From: an uncultured Bacillota bacterium
GTDB taxonomy: Bacteria > Sysuimicrobiota > Sysuimicrobiia > Sysuimicrobiales > Segetimicrobiaceae
Assembly: GCA_963804645.1 (NCBI GenBank)
Contig: CAWDRG010000002.1
Coordinates: forward strand, 64,001-128,000
Direction of reading: 5' to 3'
Length of the DNA: 64,000 nucleotides
The notes under the pieces are model-generated. The model was not told where the DNA came from. It saw only the letters and a list, made by a program, of their open reading frames with translations, and did not search any database. The position numbers were made by a program, and so were the translations under genes. Below are positions 9,957 through 20,395 of the stretch, piece after piece (the stretch's first letter is position 1; every line of letters starts with the position of its first letter).

Positions 9957-11895
9957 CTAGGGTGTCTCTCCGGTCGCCTTGAGCGTCCGCTCCGCGGCGG
10001 CCAGCCGCGCGGCCGACGCGGCGTACCGGTCTCCGCGTCCCTCGTGGTGCTCGATCGTCAAGAGCTCCACGGGGTACAAGCGGATGGCCTCGCGCAGCTG
10101 CTCGGCCGCACCCCGTCGGTCGCCCGTGAGCAGCAGCACTTCGCCGAGCCACTGCCGGTAGCGCGGCGTGTAGGGATCGAGGCGCACCGCTTCGCGGAGC
10201 CACGCCGCCGCCTCCGGGTACACCTTTTCCCGCTGTTCCAGGCGGCCGAGTTCCGCGCGCGGATACGGATCCCACCGATTCAGGCGCATCGCAAGCAGGT
10301 AGAGTTCGGCCGCGCGGGCGCGCATTGACGGCCACGGGCCCATCGGATTGTCGAGCCGGCGGTCATACAGATCGGCGAGCAGATCGCCGAAGTACGAGGG
10401 CGTCACGCTGTCGAGCGGATCCGCGGCGAGCGCGGCTTGAAACGTGCGCACCGCCTGCACGAACTGGCCGTCGGTGACTTCCTGCGACGCCTGGGCGTGC
10501 AGGGCGGCGGCCGCCGCGGGCGCCGGCAGGGTCGGCGGCAGCCAGACGGCCGCGGCGATGCAGCGGCAGCGCCCACCAGCGCTCCCACCACCGCGTCCAC
10601 CGGCGATCCCGGAGGGACACCTGCGCGGCGGCCGCCGCGCTGAACAGCAGCAGCACCGACGACGTTCGTGATGATGAACAGGTTCTCGTCCACCACGCTG
10701 ACGGCGCCGATGCCGGCGGCGCCGGCCGCCCACCCGGCGACCCAGACCCGGTCCACGCTCCCGCCGCGCCAGTAGCGCCGGCCGCCGAGCCACAGCCCCC
10801 ACAGCACCGCCGCGGCGAGCGAGGCCGACCCCGACCTCGCCCGTCGTCGCCAGGATCTGCAGGTAATCGTTGTGCGCCGACCCGGGGACGGCGATCATCG
10901 CGTACGTCTCGAGCACGTCCGGCGCGCGGTACGCCGAGTACACGTCGTTGAACGTGTCGATCCCGGTGCCCCAGGTGCGGTGCGCCCGCCACACCGCGAG
11001 CCCGGTGTGCCAGATGTACAGCCGGCTCGTGGCGGTGTCCTCCTGCTCCTGCTCCGGATTGATGCTCTGCGCCCGCGCCTCGACGCTCGGCAGCCGCACC
11101 GCCGCGACGGCCGCCACGACGATGAGCAGCAGCAGCACCGGCCAGGCCCGGCGGCGGATCGGCCAGGACAGCGCTGCGGCGACGACGGTGAAGACCGCGA
11201 GCCCGACGTAGCCCCCGCGGGAGTAGGTCACGATGAGGGCCAGCACGTCGACGATCAGCGCCGACGCTGGCACCCACCGCCAGCCCAGCGGGAGCGACAT
11301 CGACGAGGACGGCGGCCGCGGCGATGCCGAGCACCAGAAACCCCGCGAGGACGTTCGGGCTGCCGAGGGTGCCGTAGGCCCGGGTGTGGATCGTCGCCGC
11401 GAACGCGCGGCTCAGCCAGTATGCGGGCGTCGGCGTGCCGCTGGCGTACTGGCCGAGCGCGACGAGGGCCTCCCCGAGGGCGATCGCCGCGAGACCGCCG
11501 ACGAACACGTGGATCTTCGTCGTGCTCGTGAGCGCGATCACGGTCGCGAGGACGAGCACCGACAGCGCGATGATCAGGCCCGCGCCTTCGCGGGAGTCGT
11601 AGAGGTACGTCGTGTGCGCGAGCGACAGCAGGGCCATCCCGGCGGCGGCCGCCACGCCCCACAGCGGCGCCGCCGGCAGCAGGCGCCCGCCGAGCAGCTG
11701 CCGCAGCGCGGCCGCGGCGCCGAGGGTGACCGCCGCCCGGTCGAACAGGGCGAGCCCGGGGGCGTGCTCCACGAAGCCGGCCGACGGCAGCAGGGTGAGG
11801 CCGTGCGCGACCGCCCAGCCCACGAGCGCGAGCACGCCGAGCAGGATCAGCCAGTCAAGCAGCTCCTCCGGGAGCGTGCGCAGCGAGATCCGCAC
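9957..11895 (-). CDS. O-antigen ligase (Wzy_C) family membrane protein with C-terminal TPR-like repeats; frameshifted in this sequence
   Basis: RAYGTLGSPNVLAG, TYSRGGY, SRLYIW, AHNDYLQ motifs spread over several frames, breaks near 11297, 10820, 10660, 10560. Confidence 0.8.
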
Positions 11896-11917
11896 GGGTG
11901 CGACGGGAGCGCGTCCG

Positions 11918-13512
11918 TCAGGCGTCGAGCCACGCCGAGTGGAACCGCATCATCCCGTCGGGCTGGTCCACGAACCCCTCGAGCTTCGGGGAGACCAGCT
12001 TGTACTCTTTCGGGAAGTACAGCGGGATGTACGGCGCGTCGGCCGCGAGGATCGTGGTGACCTGGCTGTACAGGGCGCGGCGCTTGGCGATGTCGTACTC
12101 GGCGCGCGCGTCGTCGAGGAGCGACTGCACCTTGGGGTTGGCGTACCCGGAGTAGTTCAGCGCGCCGATCCCCGACTGCGTGACGAACGGGTAGACGTCG
12201 AAGTCCGGGTCCGGCCGGCCGCTCCAGTCGACCCAGGAGGCCTGGATCTGCAGATTGACGAGCCGCTGGACGAGTGCCGCGCCCTCGACCACCTCGATCT
12301 TGAACTGGATCCCGGCGTCGGCGGCCATCGACTGGATCGCCTGGAGACTCGATAGATGCGCCTGCCCGGGCGGCGTGGTGACCGTAAAGGCAAAGCCGTT
12401 GGCCGAGCCGCCCTCCGCGAGCTTGGCCTTCGCGGTGGCGAGGTTGCGGGGCGGGAGCGTCCACGCCCGGTCGTAGGCCGGCGTGCCGTTCGGGAAGAAG
12501 CCGTACGCCGGGATAGGCCGCGCCCTGCAGCACCTGGCCGGCGAGGACCCGCTGGTCGATCGTCGCGACGAACGCCTGCCGGAGCGCGGCGTTGTTGAAC
12601 GGCGCCGCGGTGACGTTGAGCGCCAGCGTCGCCCAGGCGATCGGGCTGCGCTCGATCAGGCGGAACGTCGCCCCCGGCCGCGCCGCCTCCTGGGCGAGGG
12701 TCTTGACCTGCGGCAGCGGGACGAGGCTGACGATGTCGATGTCGCCGGACTTCATGTTCGTGACCCGCGCGTTGTCGTCCGTGAACACCTTGAACAGCAC
12801 GCCGTCGAGGTACGGTTTGCCCTGCTGCCAGTACGTGGGGTTGCGCCGGAGGAGGATGCTGTCCCCGGTGACCCGCTGGGCGTACAGGAACGGGCCGGTG
12901 CCGACCGGGTTGAGGCCGTAGTCGAGCCCGGCCTGCTCGGCGGCCGCGGGCGAGACCATCATGCCGGCCCGGTCGGTCAGCGCGTACAGCAGCGGGCTGT
13001 ACGGCTGGCTCATGACGAGCTGAATCGTGTAGGCGTCCACGACGACCACTTTCGTCACGGGCCGCAGTTCGCTCTTGCGGAACGAGGGAAACTTCGGGTC
13101 GAACAGCATCCGGGTGAAGTTGTAGGAGGCGGCGTCCGCGTTGAACGGCGTGCCGTCGTGAAACCGCACGCCCTGGCGCAGCTTGAACGTGGCGGTCTTG
13201 CCGTCGGCGCTGATCGTCCACGAGGTCGCGAGCATCGGCACGATCCGGAGGTTCTCGTCGGTGTCGACGAGCTTGTCGTACAGGCTCTGGTACACTTGGC
13301 GGTCGACGAACGCCGCGGACCGGTGCGGGTCCATCGACGGCGGATCCCCGTCCACGCCCGACCCGGAGCGTGCCGCCGCGGCGGATGGACTGGGCGGACG
13401 CGGGACCGCCGAGCGCGTCCCCGAGTGCCCAAGCCCCGGCGGCCCCGAGTCCGGCGGACAGCAGCCGCCGCCGCGTCGTCCGCCCTCCGATCGCATCGCC
13501 CGCGTTGTGCAT
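11918..13512 (-). CDS. Tat-exported family 5 ABC substrate-binding protein; frameshifted in this sequence
   Basis: TTRRRLL twin-Arg signal, LRQGVRFHDGTPFNADA, PVGTGPF; breaks near 13355, 12510, 12355. Confidence 0.85.
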
Positions 13513-13571
13513 AGCGTCCCTCCCTGTGAAGTTGATGTGCGGCGTGCGGCGTGCGTGCCGGCCGCCGCGCG

Positions 13572-14341
13572 CTACCGGCCGAGCCAGCCGCCGTCGACGG
13601 CCAGCAGGTGCCCCTGGATGTAGTCCGACGCCGAGGAGGCGAGAAACACCGCGGCCCCGCCGAGATCTTCGGGACGGCCCCAGCGTCCCGCCGGGATGCG
13701 GGCCAAGATCGCCGGGCCCCGCACCGGGTCGTCGCTGCAGCTCGCGCGTGAGCTCCGTCGCGACGTATCCCGGCACGATGGCGTTCACGTTGATGCCGTG
13801 GGGCGCCCACTCATTGGCGAGCAGCTTGGTCAGCTGTCCCACCGCGCCTTTGCTGGCCGTATAGGCCGCGATCAGGATCCCGCCCTGCACGCTCATCAAC
13901 GACGCGATGTTGACGATCTTGCCGCGGCCCTGCCGCATCATGACGCGGCCCGGCGTCCTGGCAGAGGCGAAAGACCGCGTGCAGGTTCACCTGCAGGACC
14001 CCGTGCCATTCCTCGGGCGTCACCTCGAGCGCCGAATGTCGGATGCCGATCTCCCCGGCGTTGTTGACCAGGATGTCGACGCGTCCAAACGCCCCGACGG
14101 CGTCGGGGATCACCCGGTCGACCTGGGCCGGATCGCTCAGGTCCGCGTGGATCGGCACGCACCGGCGCCCGAGGCGCTCCACGTCCCGGACCAGGTCGGT
14201 CGGAGGCGTGCGGCCGACCGCCGCGATGTCCGCGCCGGCCGCGGCCAGTGCCAGGGCCAGCCCCCGCCCGATCCCGCGCCGCGCCCCGGTGACGACCGCG
14301 ACCTTGCCGGTGAGATCGAATGGAGTCCCGTCAGCCGCCAT
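13572..14341 (-). CDS. kduD: 2-deoxy-D-gluconate 3-dehydrogenase-like SDR; frameshifted in this sequence
   Basis: [52 protein letters not shown]; breaks near 13950 and 13735. Confidence 0.8.
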
Positions 14342-14506
14342 GCCGCCTCCCCGCCGCCGCGTTCCGGCCCGCGGGAACACTCTTCGCACGCGCGCCGCGT
14401 TCCTCCCCCTTGCGGGCGGACCGGCCGCGGGACAAGGAGCGGCTTGGGCCCCCGGCGAACTCGCATGTCTGGCGCCGGGACCGGGAAGGCGCCGTGGAGT
14501 CGGACC

Positions 14507-15748
14507 ATGAGACGCAGCCTCGCCGCCGTAGCATTGGTGTTCCTCCTCAGCGCCGGGCCCGCCAGCGCGGGCGCGCCCGCGCCGCTGGAGTTCTGGACGA
14601 TCTCGCTGCAGCCGCTGTTCACGGCGTATATGCAGCAGACCCTCGCCGCGTACAGCCGCCTCCACCCCGACGTGACGATCCGGTGGATCGACGTCCAGCC
14701 CCAGGCGGTCGACCAGAAGCTGCTCGCGTCGATCGCGGGCGGCGTGCCCCCCGACGTCGTGAACCTCAACACCGAGAGCACGCTGCGCATGGCGGAAGCC
14801 GGCGCCCTCGTGGACATGGACGCGGCGGTGCCGGCCGACGCGCGCGCGCGCTATTTCCCCAACATCTGGGCGTCGCTCCGCTACCAGGGCCGGAGTTACG
14901 GCGTGCCGTGGTACGTGGTGCCAGACGTCCTCGCGTACAACCGCGGCCTGTTCCAGCGCGCGGGCCTCGATCCGGCGCATCCGCCGGCGACGACGGCGGC
15001 GTTCGCGGCCGACGCGGTGACGATCAAGCAGCGCACGGGCGTGTACGGGTTCATGCCGAACGTGGACGGGACCCGGATGCTGGCGATGTTCCAGGAGGAA
15101 GGCCTGCCGATCCTCAGCCCGGACCGCAAGCACGCGCTGTTCGCGGGGCCGGCGTACGTGGCGGTGCTGGCCACGTACGTCGATCTCTACAAGCGCGCCA
15201 TGTTTCCGGACGACACCCTCCTGCACGGCTATCTCGGGGCCACGGAGCGGTACGCCGGGGCCCAGCTCGGGATGCTGACGACGGGCCCGCAGTTTCTGCT
15301 GCGCGTCAAGACCGACAGCCCGGACGTGTATCGCGACACGCTAGTCGCGCCGGCTCCCCTGGGGAAGGGCCACGTCCTGGACCTGCCGACGATGGCGCTC
15401 ACGGTCCCCGTGGCCAGCCGCCACCGCGATCAGGCGGTCGCGTTCGCGCTGTACATGACGGACGACGAGAACCAACTCGCGTTCGACCACCAGGTGGTGA
15501 TCTTCCCCTCGACGCGCCGGGCCGCGGCCGATCCGTTCTTTGCCCGCGGCGGAGCGTCGCCGGAGGACCAGGCACGGGTGATCGCCGCCCGCGAGCTCGG
15601 CATCGCGCGGGACCTGACCGTGGTCGTCCCCCACAGCGACGAGCTCTTTCGCGCGTTCCAGGACGCCGTGGAGAACGCGTTCTACGGCCGGATGACGCCC
15701 GCCCAGGCGCTCGCCGAGGCGGCCCGGGAGTGGGATGCGCGGCTGTAG
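14507..15748 (+). CDS. sugar ABC transporter substrate-binding protein
   Basis: Signal peptide, EFWTISLQP, PPDVVNLN, YGVPWY motifs. Confidence 0.9.
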   Translation: MRRSLAAVALVFLLSAGPASAGAPAPLEFWTISLQPLFTAYMQQTLAAYSRLHPDVTIRWIDVQPQAVDQKLLASIAGGVPPDVVNLNTESTLRMAEAGALVDMDAAVPADARARYFPNIWASLRYQGRSYGVPWYVVPDVLAYNRGLFQRAGLDPAHPPATTAAFAADAVTIKQRTGVYGFMPNVDGTRMLAMFQEEGLPILSPDRKHALFAGPAYVAVLATYVDLYKRAMFPDDTLLHGYLGATERYAGAQLGMLTTGPQFLLRVKTDSPDVYRDTLVAPAPLGKGHVLDLPTMALTVPVASRHRDQAVAFALYMTDDENQLAFDHQVVIFPSTRRAAADPFFARGGASPEDQARVIAARELGIARDLTVVVPHSDELFRAFQDAVENAFYGRMTPAQALAEAAREWDARL

Positions 15749-15756
15749 CCGCCTCG

Positions 15757-16629
15757 ATGGACGCCCGCCGGACGTACACCGCGTACCTGTTCCTCGCGCC
15801 CGCGCTCCTCTTGCTCGGCGTGTTCACGTTCTACCCCGTGGTGTTCGGCACGGCGCTCAGCCTCTTCGAGTACAACGTGATCTCCCCGCCCCGCTACGTC
15901 GGCATGGCGAACTTTTCGCAGCTGTGGTCCGACCGGTATTTCTGGATCGCGCTCGAGAACAGCGTCAAGTACCTGGCGGTCGTGCCGGTGCTCCAGTTCT
16001 GCTCGATCGTGCTCGCGCTGTGGGTGCGCCGGCCCGTGCGAGGGATCGCGTGGTTCCGCGCGGCGTACTACCTGCCGGTGGTGACCTCGATCGTCGTCGT
16101 GGGCCTGCTGTGGCGGTGGCTCCTCGACGAGTCGGGCCTGGTAAACTACGTGCTGCTCCGCCTGGGCCTGATCGGCGCGCCGATCCACTGGCTGACGAAC
16201 CCGTCGATCGCGCTGTACGCGGTGATGTTTGTCACCCTGTGGAAGGGGCTCGGCTATTACATGGTGATCTACCTCGCGGGCCTCGGGGCGATCCCGGTGG
16301 AGTACGAGGAGGCGGCGTCCCTCGACGGCGCCGGGCCGCTGACGCGCCTCTGGCATGTCACGATTCCGCTGCTGCGTCCGAGCGTGCTGCTCGCGAGCAC
16401 CCTCTCGGCGATCGCGGCGCTGCGGGTGTTCGAGGAAGTCTACGTGATGACCGGGGGCGGCCCGGTGTACTCGACGTACACGCTGTTCTACTATATGTTT
16501 GATCAGGCGTTCGGCGCGCTGCACCTCGGCTACGCCGCGGCGATCGGGGTCGCGCTCGCCGTCATCACGATCCTGCTGTCGATCGTGAACTTCCGGCTGC
16601 TTCGGCAGGGAGGGCTGTCGTATTATTGA
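15757..16629 (+). CDS. carbohydrate ABC transporter permease
   Basis: YLFLAPAL, EEAASLDGAG EAA loop, MTGGGP. Confidence 0.92.
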   Translation: MDARRTYTAYLFLAPALLLLGVFTFYPVVFGTALSLFEYNVISPPRYVGMANFSQLWSDRYFWIALENSVKYLAVVPVLQFCSIVLALWVRRPVRGIAWFRAAYYLPVVTSIVVVGLLWRWLLDESGLVNYVLLRLGLIGAPIHWLTNPSIALYAVMFVTLWKGLGYYMVIYLAGLGAIPVEYEEAASLDGAGPLTRLWHVTIPLLRPSVLLASTLSAIAALRVFEEVYVMTGGGPVYSTYTLFYYMFDQAFGALHLGYAAAIGVALAVITILLSIVNFRLLRQGGLSYY

Positions 16630-17479
16630 CCCGGCACGCGAGGCGGTCCGACCGGCGGAGCGGAGGCGCGCGCTCGGGACCGCCGGGCACTATCTCGGAC
16701 TGTCGGCGCTCGCCGTGGTCACCGTGTTTCCGTTCGTCTGGCTGCTCGCGACGTCGCTCCGGGCGAGCGGGACGATCTTCGCGTTTCCGCCGGTCCTCAT
16801 CCCCCACCCGCCGACGCTCGCCAACTTCGTCGGCGTGTGGAACACGATGCCGCTCGGCCGCTTCTTCGCGAACACCGTGTACATCACCGCGGTCGGCATC
16901 GGGCTCACGCTCGCCGTGAGCGCCCTCGCCGGGTATCCCCTGGCGCGCATGCGGTTTCCCGGCCGGGACGCGATCTTCTACGCGATCATCGCCAGCCTGA
17001 TGCTGCCCCAGCACGTCGGGCTGATCCTGAACTTCGTGACCCTGATGCGCCTGCGCCTCATCGACACCTACGCCGCGGTCTACCTCCCGAGCGCGGCCAG
17101 CATCTTCGGGATCTTCCTGCTGCGCCAGGCGTATCTCGTGATCCCGCAGGAGCTGGAGGACGCGGCGCGGATCGACGGCGCGAGCGAGGGGCGCCTCTTT
17201 CTCCAAGTCATGCTGCCGCTCGTGGCGCCGGCGCTGGCGACGCTCGCGATCGTCGAGTTCACCGGGTACTGGAACGCGTTTCTCTGGCCGCTGATCGTCC
17301 TCAAGTCGCCCGACCGCTATCCGCTGGGCGTGGGCCTGCTCTACCTCTCGGGGCAGTTCGCGACGAACACGCGGTACATCGCCGCGGGCGCCGTGCTGAT
17401 GACCGTGCCGGTGATCGCGGTGTTCCTCGCCCTGCAGCGGTACTTCCTCCGCGGCATCATGCTCGGGGCGGTCAAATGA
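16626..17479 (+). CDS. carbohydrate ABC transporter permease (probable indel near 16655)
   Basis: ELEDAARIDGAS, WNAFLWP, GAVK end; the TTG start at 16626 is out of frame with the main ORF 16715-17479. Confidence 0.88.
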
Positions 17480-18951
17480 AGATCGCGTTCCTCCCGGCCG
17501 ACGGGCGTCCGATCACCCGGGACGCGTTTCTGGCCCTCGCCGGGATCGGCGGGATCGAGGTGCTCACCCCGCCCCGCGAGTGGCTCGGCCACCTCAAGAC
17601 GCCCGCGAACGTCGACCGCCTGTGGCAGTGGGTCGACGGTCCGGCCCGGGAGGCGGACGCGCTGATCGCGTCGGCCGAGCTGCTGCTCTACGGCGGGCTC
17701 GTACCGTCGCGGATCGGGCACGAGCCCCTCGACCGGCTGCTCTCCTTTACCGGCCGGTTCGAGGAGATCCGGCGGCGGGCGCCGCACCGGCGCGTTCTGC
17801 TCGCCGCGAGCAACATGCGGCTGCCGTCGATCTCGGACGCCACCGAGGAGCCCACGTATTGGGCGAGCCACGGGGCCGAGATCTTTACCTACAGTTTTCA
17901 CTCCGACCGGTACGCACAGACCCAGAACCTCGCGTCGCGCGGCGAGGCCGATGCGGCGAAGGCGAAGATTCCGCCGACGGTGCTCGGGGACGTGCGGTCG
18001 CGCCGCGCCCGCAACCTCACCGTGCTGCTGAGCCTCGTGGATCTCGCCGCGGCCGGGGTGCTCGACGCGCTGCTGATCGGCCAGGACGACGCCGCGGAGT
18101 ACGGGTGGACGCGCCGCGACCTCCAGGCCGTGCACACGGCGATTCGCGAGCGGGGCGCGGGCCGCCGGGCGTGGGTGACGTACGGGACCGACGAGCTCAC
18201 GGCGCGGCTGCTCGGGCGCGTGGTGGTCGCGGCCCGCGGCGGCTCACCCAGAGTCCGCGTCTTGTACTCGTATCCGGACAACCGCGGGGGCATTCCGCGC
18301 TACGAAGGCCAGGGGCTGGATCAGACGGTGACCTCCCACATCGAGACCGCCGGCTGCCGGCGCACCGAGGAGGAGGCCGACCTGACCCTGTTCGTTCACA
18401 ACTTCCCGGGGGCGCAGGACGAGGCGCCGCGCCAGCGCATTCAGGACGCGCGCGAGCTGGACGGATTCTTCCAGCGCATCACCGAGGCGGCGATGCGCGG
18501 ACCGTGCGGGCTCGCGGACGTCCGGTACGCGAACGGCGCCGACCGCACCCTCATCACGCGCCTTCTCGCCGCGGCGTGGGTGGATGAGCCGCGGGCGTAC
18601 GGCGGCTGGAACACGGCCAGCAACACGCTCGGCATGGTCCTGACGCAGACGCTGCTGCCCCTGAATCCGCAGAGCCGGGCGTTTACGATCCTGCGCCTCC
18701 TCGAGGACTGGGCGTACCAGACGGAGATCCGCCAACGACTCGCGGCGGAAGTGCTGCCGAAGTTCCCTGCGGCGGCGCCCGATGACCTCGGGGAGGCCTA
18801 CGGTGCGTGTCAGACCGCGACGCTGGACTGGCTGGCGCGCGTCTTTGTCCCGCCGGTGGAGCGGAGCTTCCATCGAAAGATCACGATCGAGCGGGTCGAG
18901 TTCCCGTGGCGGCGCCTGTTCAACGTCGATCTCGGGGTGCGGGTCGAGTGA
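17476..18951 (+). CDS. DUF4127-like protein
   Basis: LPADGRP, YGGLVPSR, GQDD, GTDE, YGGWNTASNTLG, FPWRRLF motifs; ATGA overlap with permease. Confidence 0.8.
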   Translation: MKIAFLPADGRPITRDAFLALAGIGGIEVLTPPREWLGHLKTPANVDRLWQWVDGPAREADALIASAELLLYGGLVPSRIGHEPLDRLLSFTGRFEEIRRRAPHRRVLLAASNMRLPSISDATEEPTYWASHGAEIFTYSFHSDRYAQTQNLASRGEADAAKAKIPPTVLGDVRSRRARNLTVLLSLVDLAAAGVLDALLIGQDDAAEYGWTRRDLQAVHTAIRERGAGRRAWVTYGTDELTARLLGRVVVAARGGSPRVRVLYSYPDNRGGIPRYEGQGLDQTVTSHIETAGCRRTEEEADLTLFVHNFPGAQDEAPRQRIQDARELDGFFQRITEAAMRGPCGLADVRYANGADRTLITRLLAAAWVDEPRAYGGWNTASNTLGMVLTQTLLPLNPQSRAFTILRLLEDWAYQTEIRQRLAAEVLPKFPAAAPDDLGEAYGACQTATLDWLARVFVPPVERSFHRKITIERVEFPWRRLFNVDLGVRVE

Positions 18952-18979
18952 GGCGCGGGCCGGGCGGCCGGCCGCGGTG

Positions 18980-19966
18980 ATGGCCGGGCCCGACGTCCGC
19001 GTCACCCCGCTCACCTCGGAGCCGCTCCGCGACTTAGTCGATATCTGGAACGCCGCGGCCGGCGAGGCGTTTCCGCTCCGCGAAGCGGTGTTCCGGCAGA
19101 ACACGGTGGACGATCCCAACTTCGACCCCGCCGGCTGTGCGATCGCGCGGGCCGGCCCCGACGGCCGGGTCGTCGGGTTCTGCGTCGCCAAAGTCGCGCG
19201 CGTGCCGATCGGCGCGGACGGCCTGACGCCCGAAGACGGCTGGATCAGCATCCTCGCCGTGCATCCCGCGTCCCAGCGTCGGGGCGCCGCCGCCGCACTG
19301 CTCGAGGCGGGCGAGACGTTCCTGCGCGGCCGCCGATGCCGCCACATCCTGCTCGGCGGCGATCCTGGGCACTTCTTCCCCGGGGTGCCCGCCGGCACCG
19401 CCGCGGTACACTTCTTTGAGCGGGCCGGCTACCGGCTTCGCGGCGAGGCGTACGACCTGCGCCGTTCCCTCGGAGGCTACCAGACGCCCGACGCCGTGTC
19501 CGCCGCCCTCGTCGCGCACCCGGATCTCGAGATCCGGCCGCTGACCCCGCAGGACCGCGGCGGCCTGCTCGCGTTTCTCGACGAGACCTTTCCCGGCCGC
19601 TGGCGCTACACGGTCGCGCGGTGTCTCGAGCGGGGCGGCTCGATCGGCGACGTCATGGGTGTGGTGCGGGGCGAGGACGTGCTCGGGTTCGCGCAGCTGT
19701 TCCATCCCGGATCGGCCTGGATCGGGCCCAGCATCGCGTGGGCCGCGGCGCGGTCGGGCGCGACCGGCGGCCTCGGTCCGATGGGGCTTTCCCCCGAGCT
19801 CCGGGGACGCCGCCTCGGGCTGGCGCTGCTCGACCGGGCCGTGCTGCACCTCGCCGGTCTCGGACTGGACGAGATGGTGGTGGATTGGACGATCCTGCTC
19901 GACTTTTACGGCGCGCTCGGATTCGAGCCGTGCCGCGAGTACCGGCACGGCGAGCGCCGCGCGTAG
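18980..19966 (+). CDS. tandem GNAT N-acetyltransferase
   Basis: Two GNAT motif-A copies (VHPASQRRGAA; GPMGLSPELRGRRLG), HFFPGVP, FYGALGF. Confidence 0.85.
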   Translation: MAGPDVRVTPLTSEPLRDLVDIWNAAAGEAFPLREAVFRQNTVDDPNFDPAGCAIARAGPDGRVVGFCVAKVARVPIGADGLTPEDGWISILAVHPASQRRGAAAALLEAGETFLRGRRCRHILLGGDPGHFFPGVPAGTAAVHFFERAGYRLRGEAYDLRRSLGGYQTPDAVSAALVAHPDLEIRPLTPQDRGGLLAFLDETFPGRWRYTVARCLERGGSIGDVMGVVRGEDVLGFAQLFHPGSAWIGPSIAWAAARSGATGGLGPMGLSPELRGRRLGLALLDRAVLHLAGLGLDEMVVDWTILLDFYGALGFEPCREYRHGERRA

Positions 19967-19979
19967 GACCGTCCTCGGG

Positions 19980-20288
19980 TCAGCCGAGGTCGACGAGGAC
20001 GTCGTTCCCTTCGACCCGCGTCGGGTAGGTGGCGACGGGCCGGCGCGCGGGCCCCTTCACCACTTGTCCTGTCGTCACGTCGAACTCGCTCCCGTGCCAC
20101 GGGCAGGTGACCACCGTACCCTGGACGTGTCCCTCGCCAAGCGGCCCGCCCACATGCGTGCAGGCGTTGTCGATCGCGTGGAAGACGCCGTTCAGGTTGA
20201 AGATGGCGAGCGTCTTCCCGCCCGTGGAGGCGACCTTGCCCGTGCCCGGTGCAATCTCGCTGACCTGCGCGACTTTTACCGCCGGCAT
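19980..20288 (-). CDS. Rieske-type [2Fe-2S] ferredoxin
   Basis: CTH...CPWH motif. Confidence 0.92.
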   Translation of the reverse strand: MPAVKVAQVSEIAPGTGKVASTGGKTLAIFNLNGVFHAIDNACTHVGGPLGEGHVQGTVVTCPWHGSEFDVTTGQVVKGPARRPVATYPTRVEGNDVLVDLG

Positions 20289-20395
20289 CTCCTCACCCCT
20301 CGATGGTCGCGCGCGTGTGGCGTTCGCCACCGCGCGTCGGTCTCTTGTGCCTCGATCCGGCCGTCTCCCCTGTTGTGCGCGTGCGATCCGGAACG

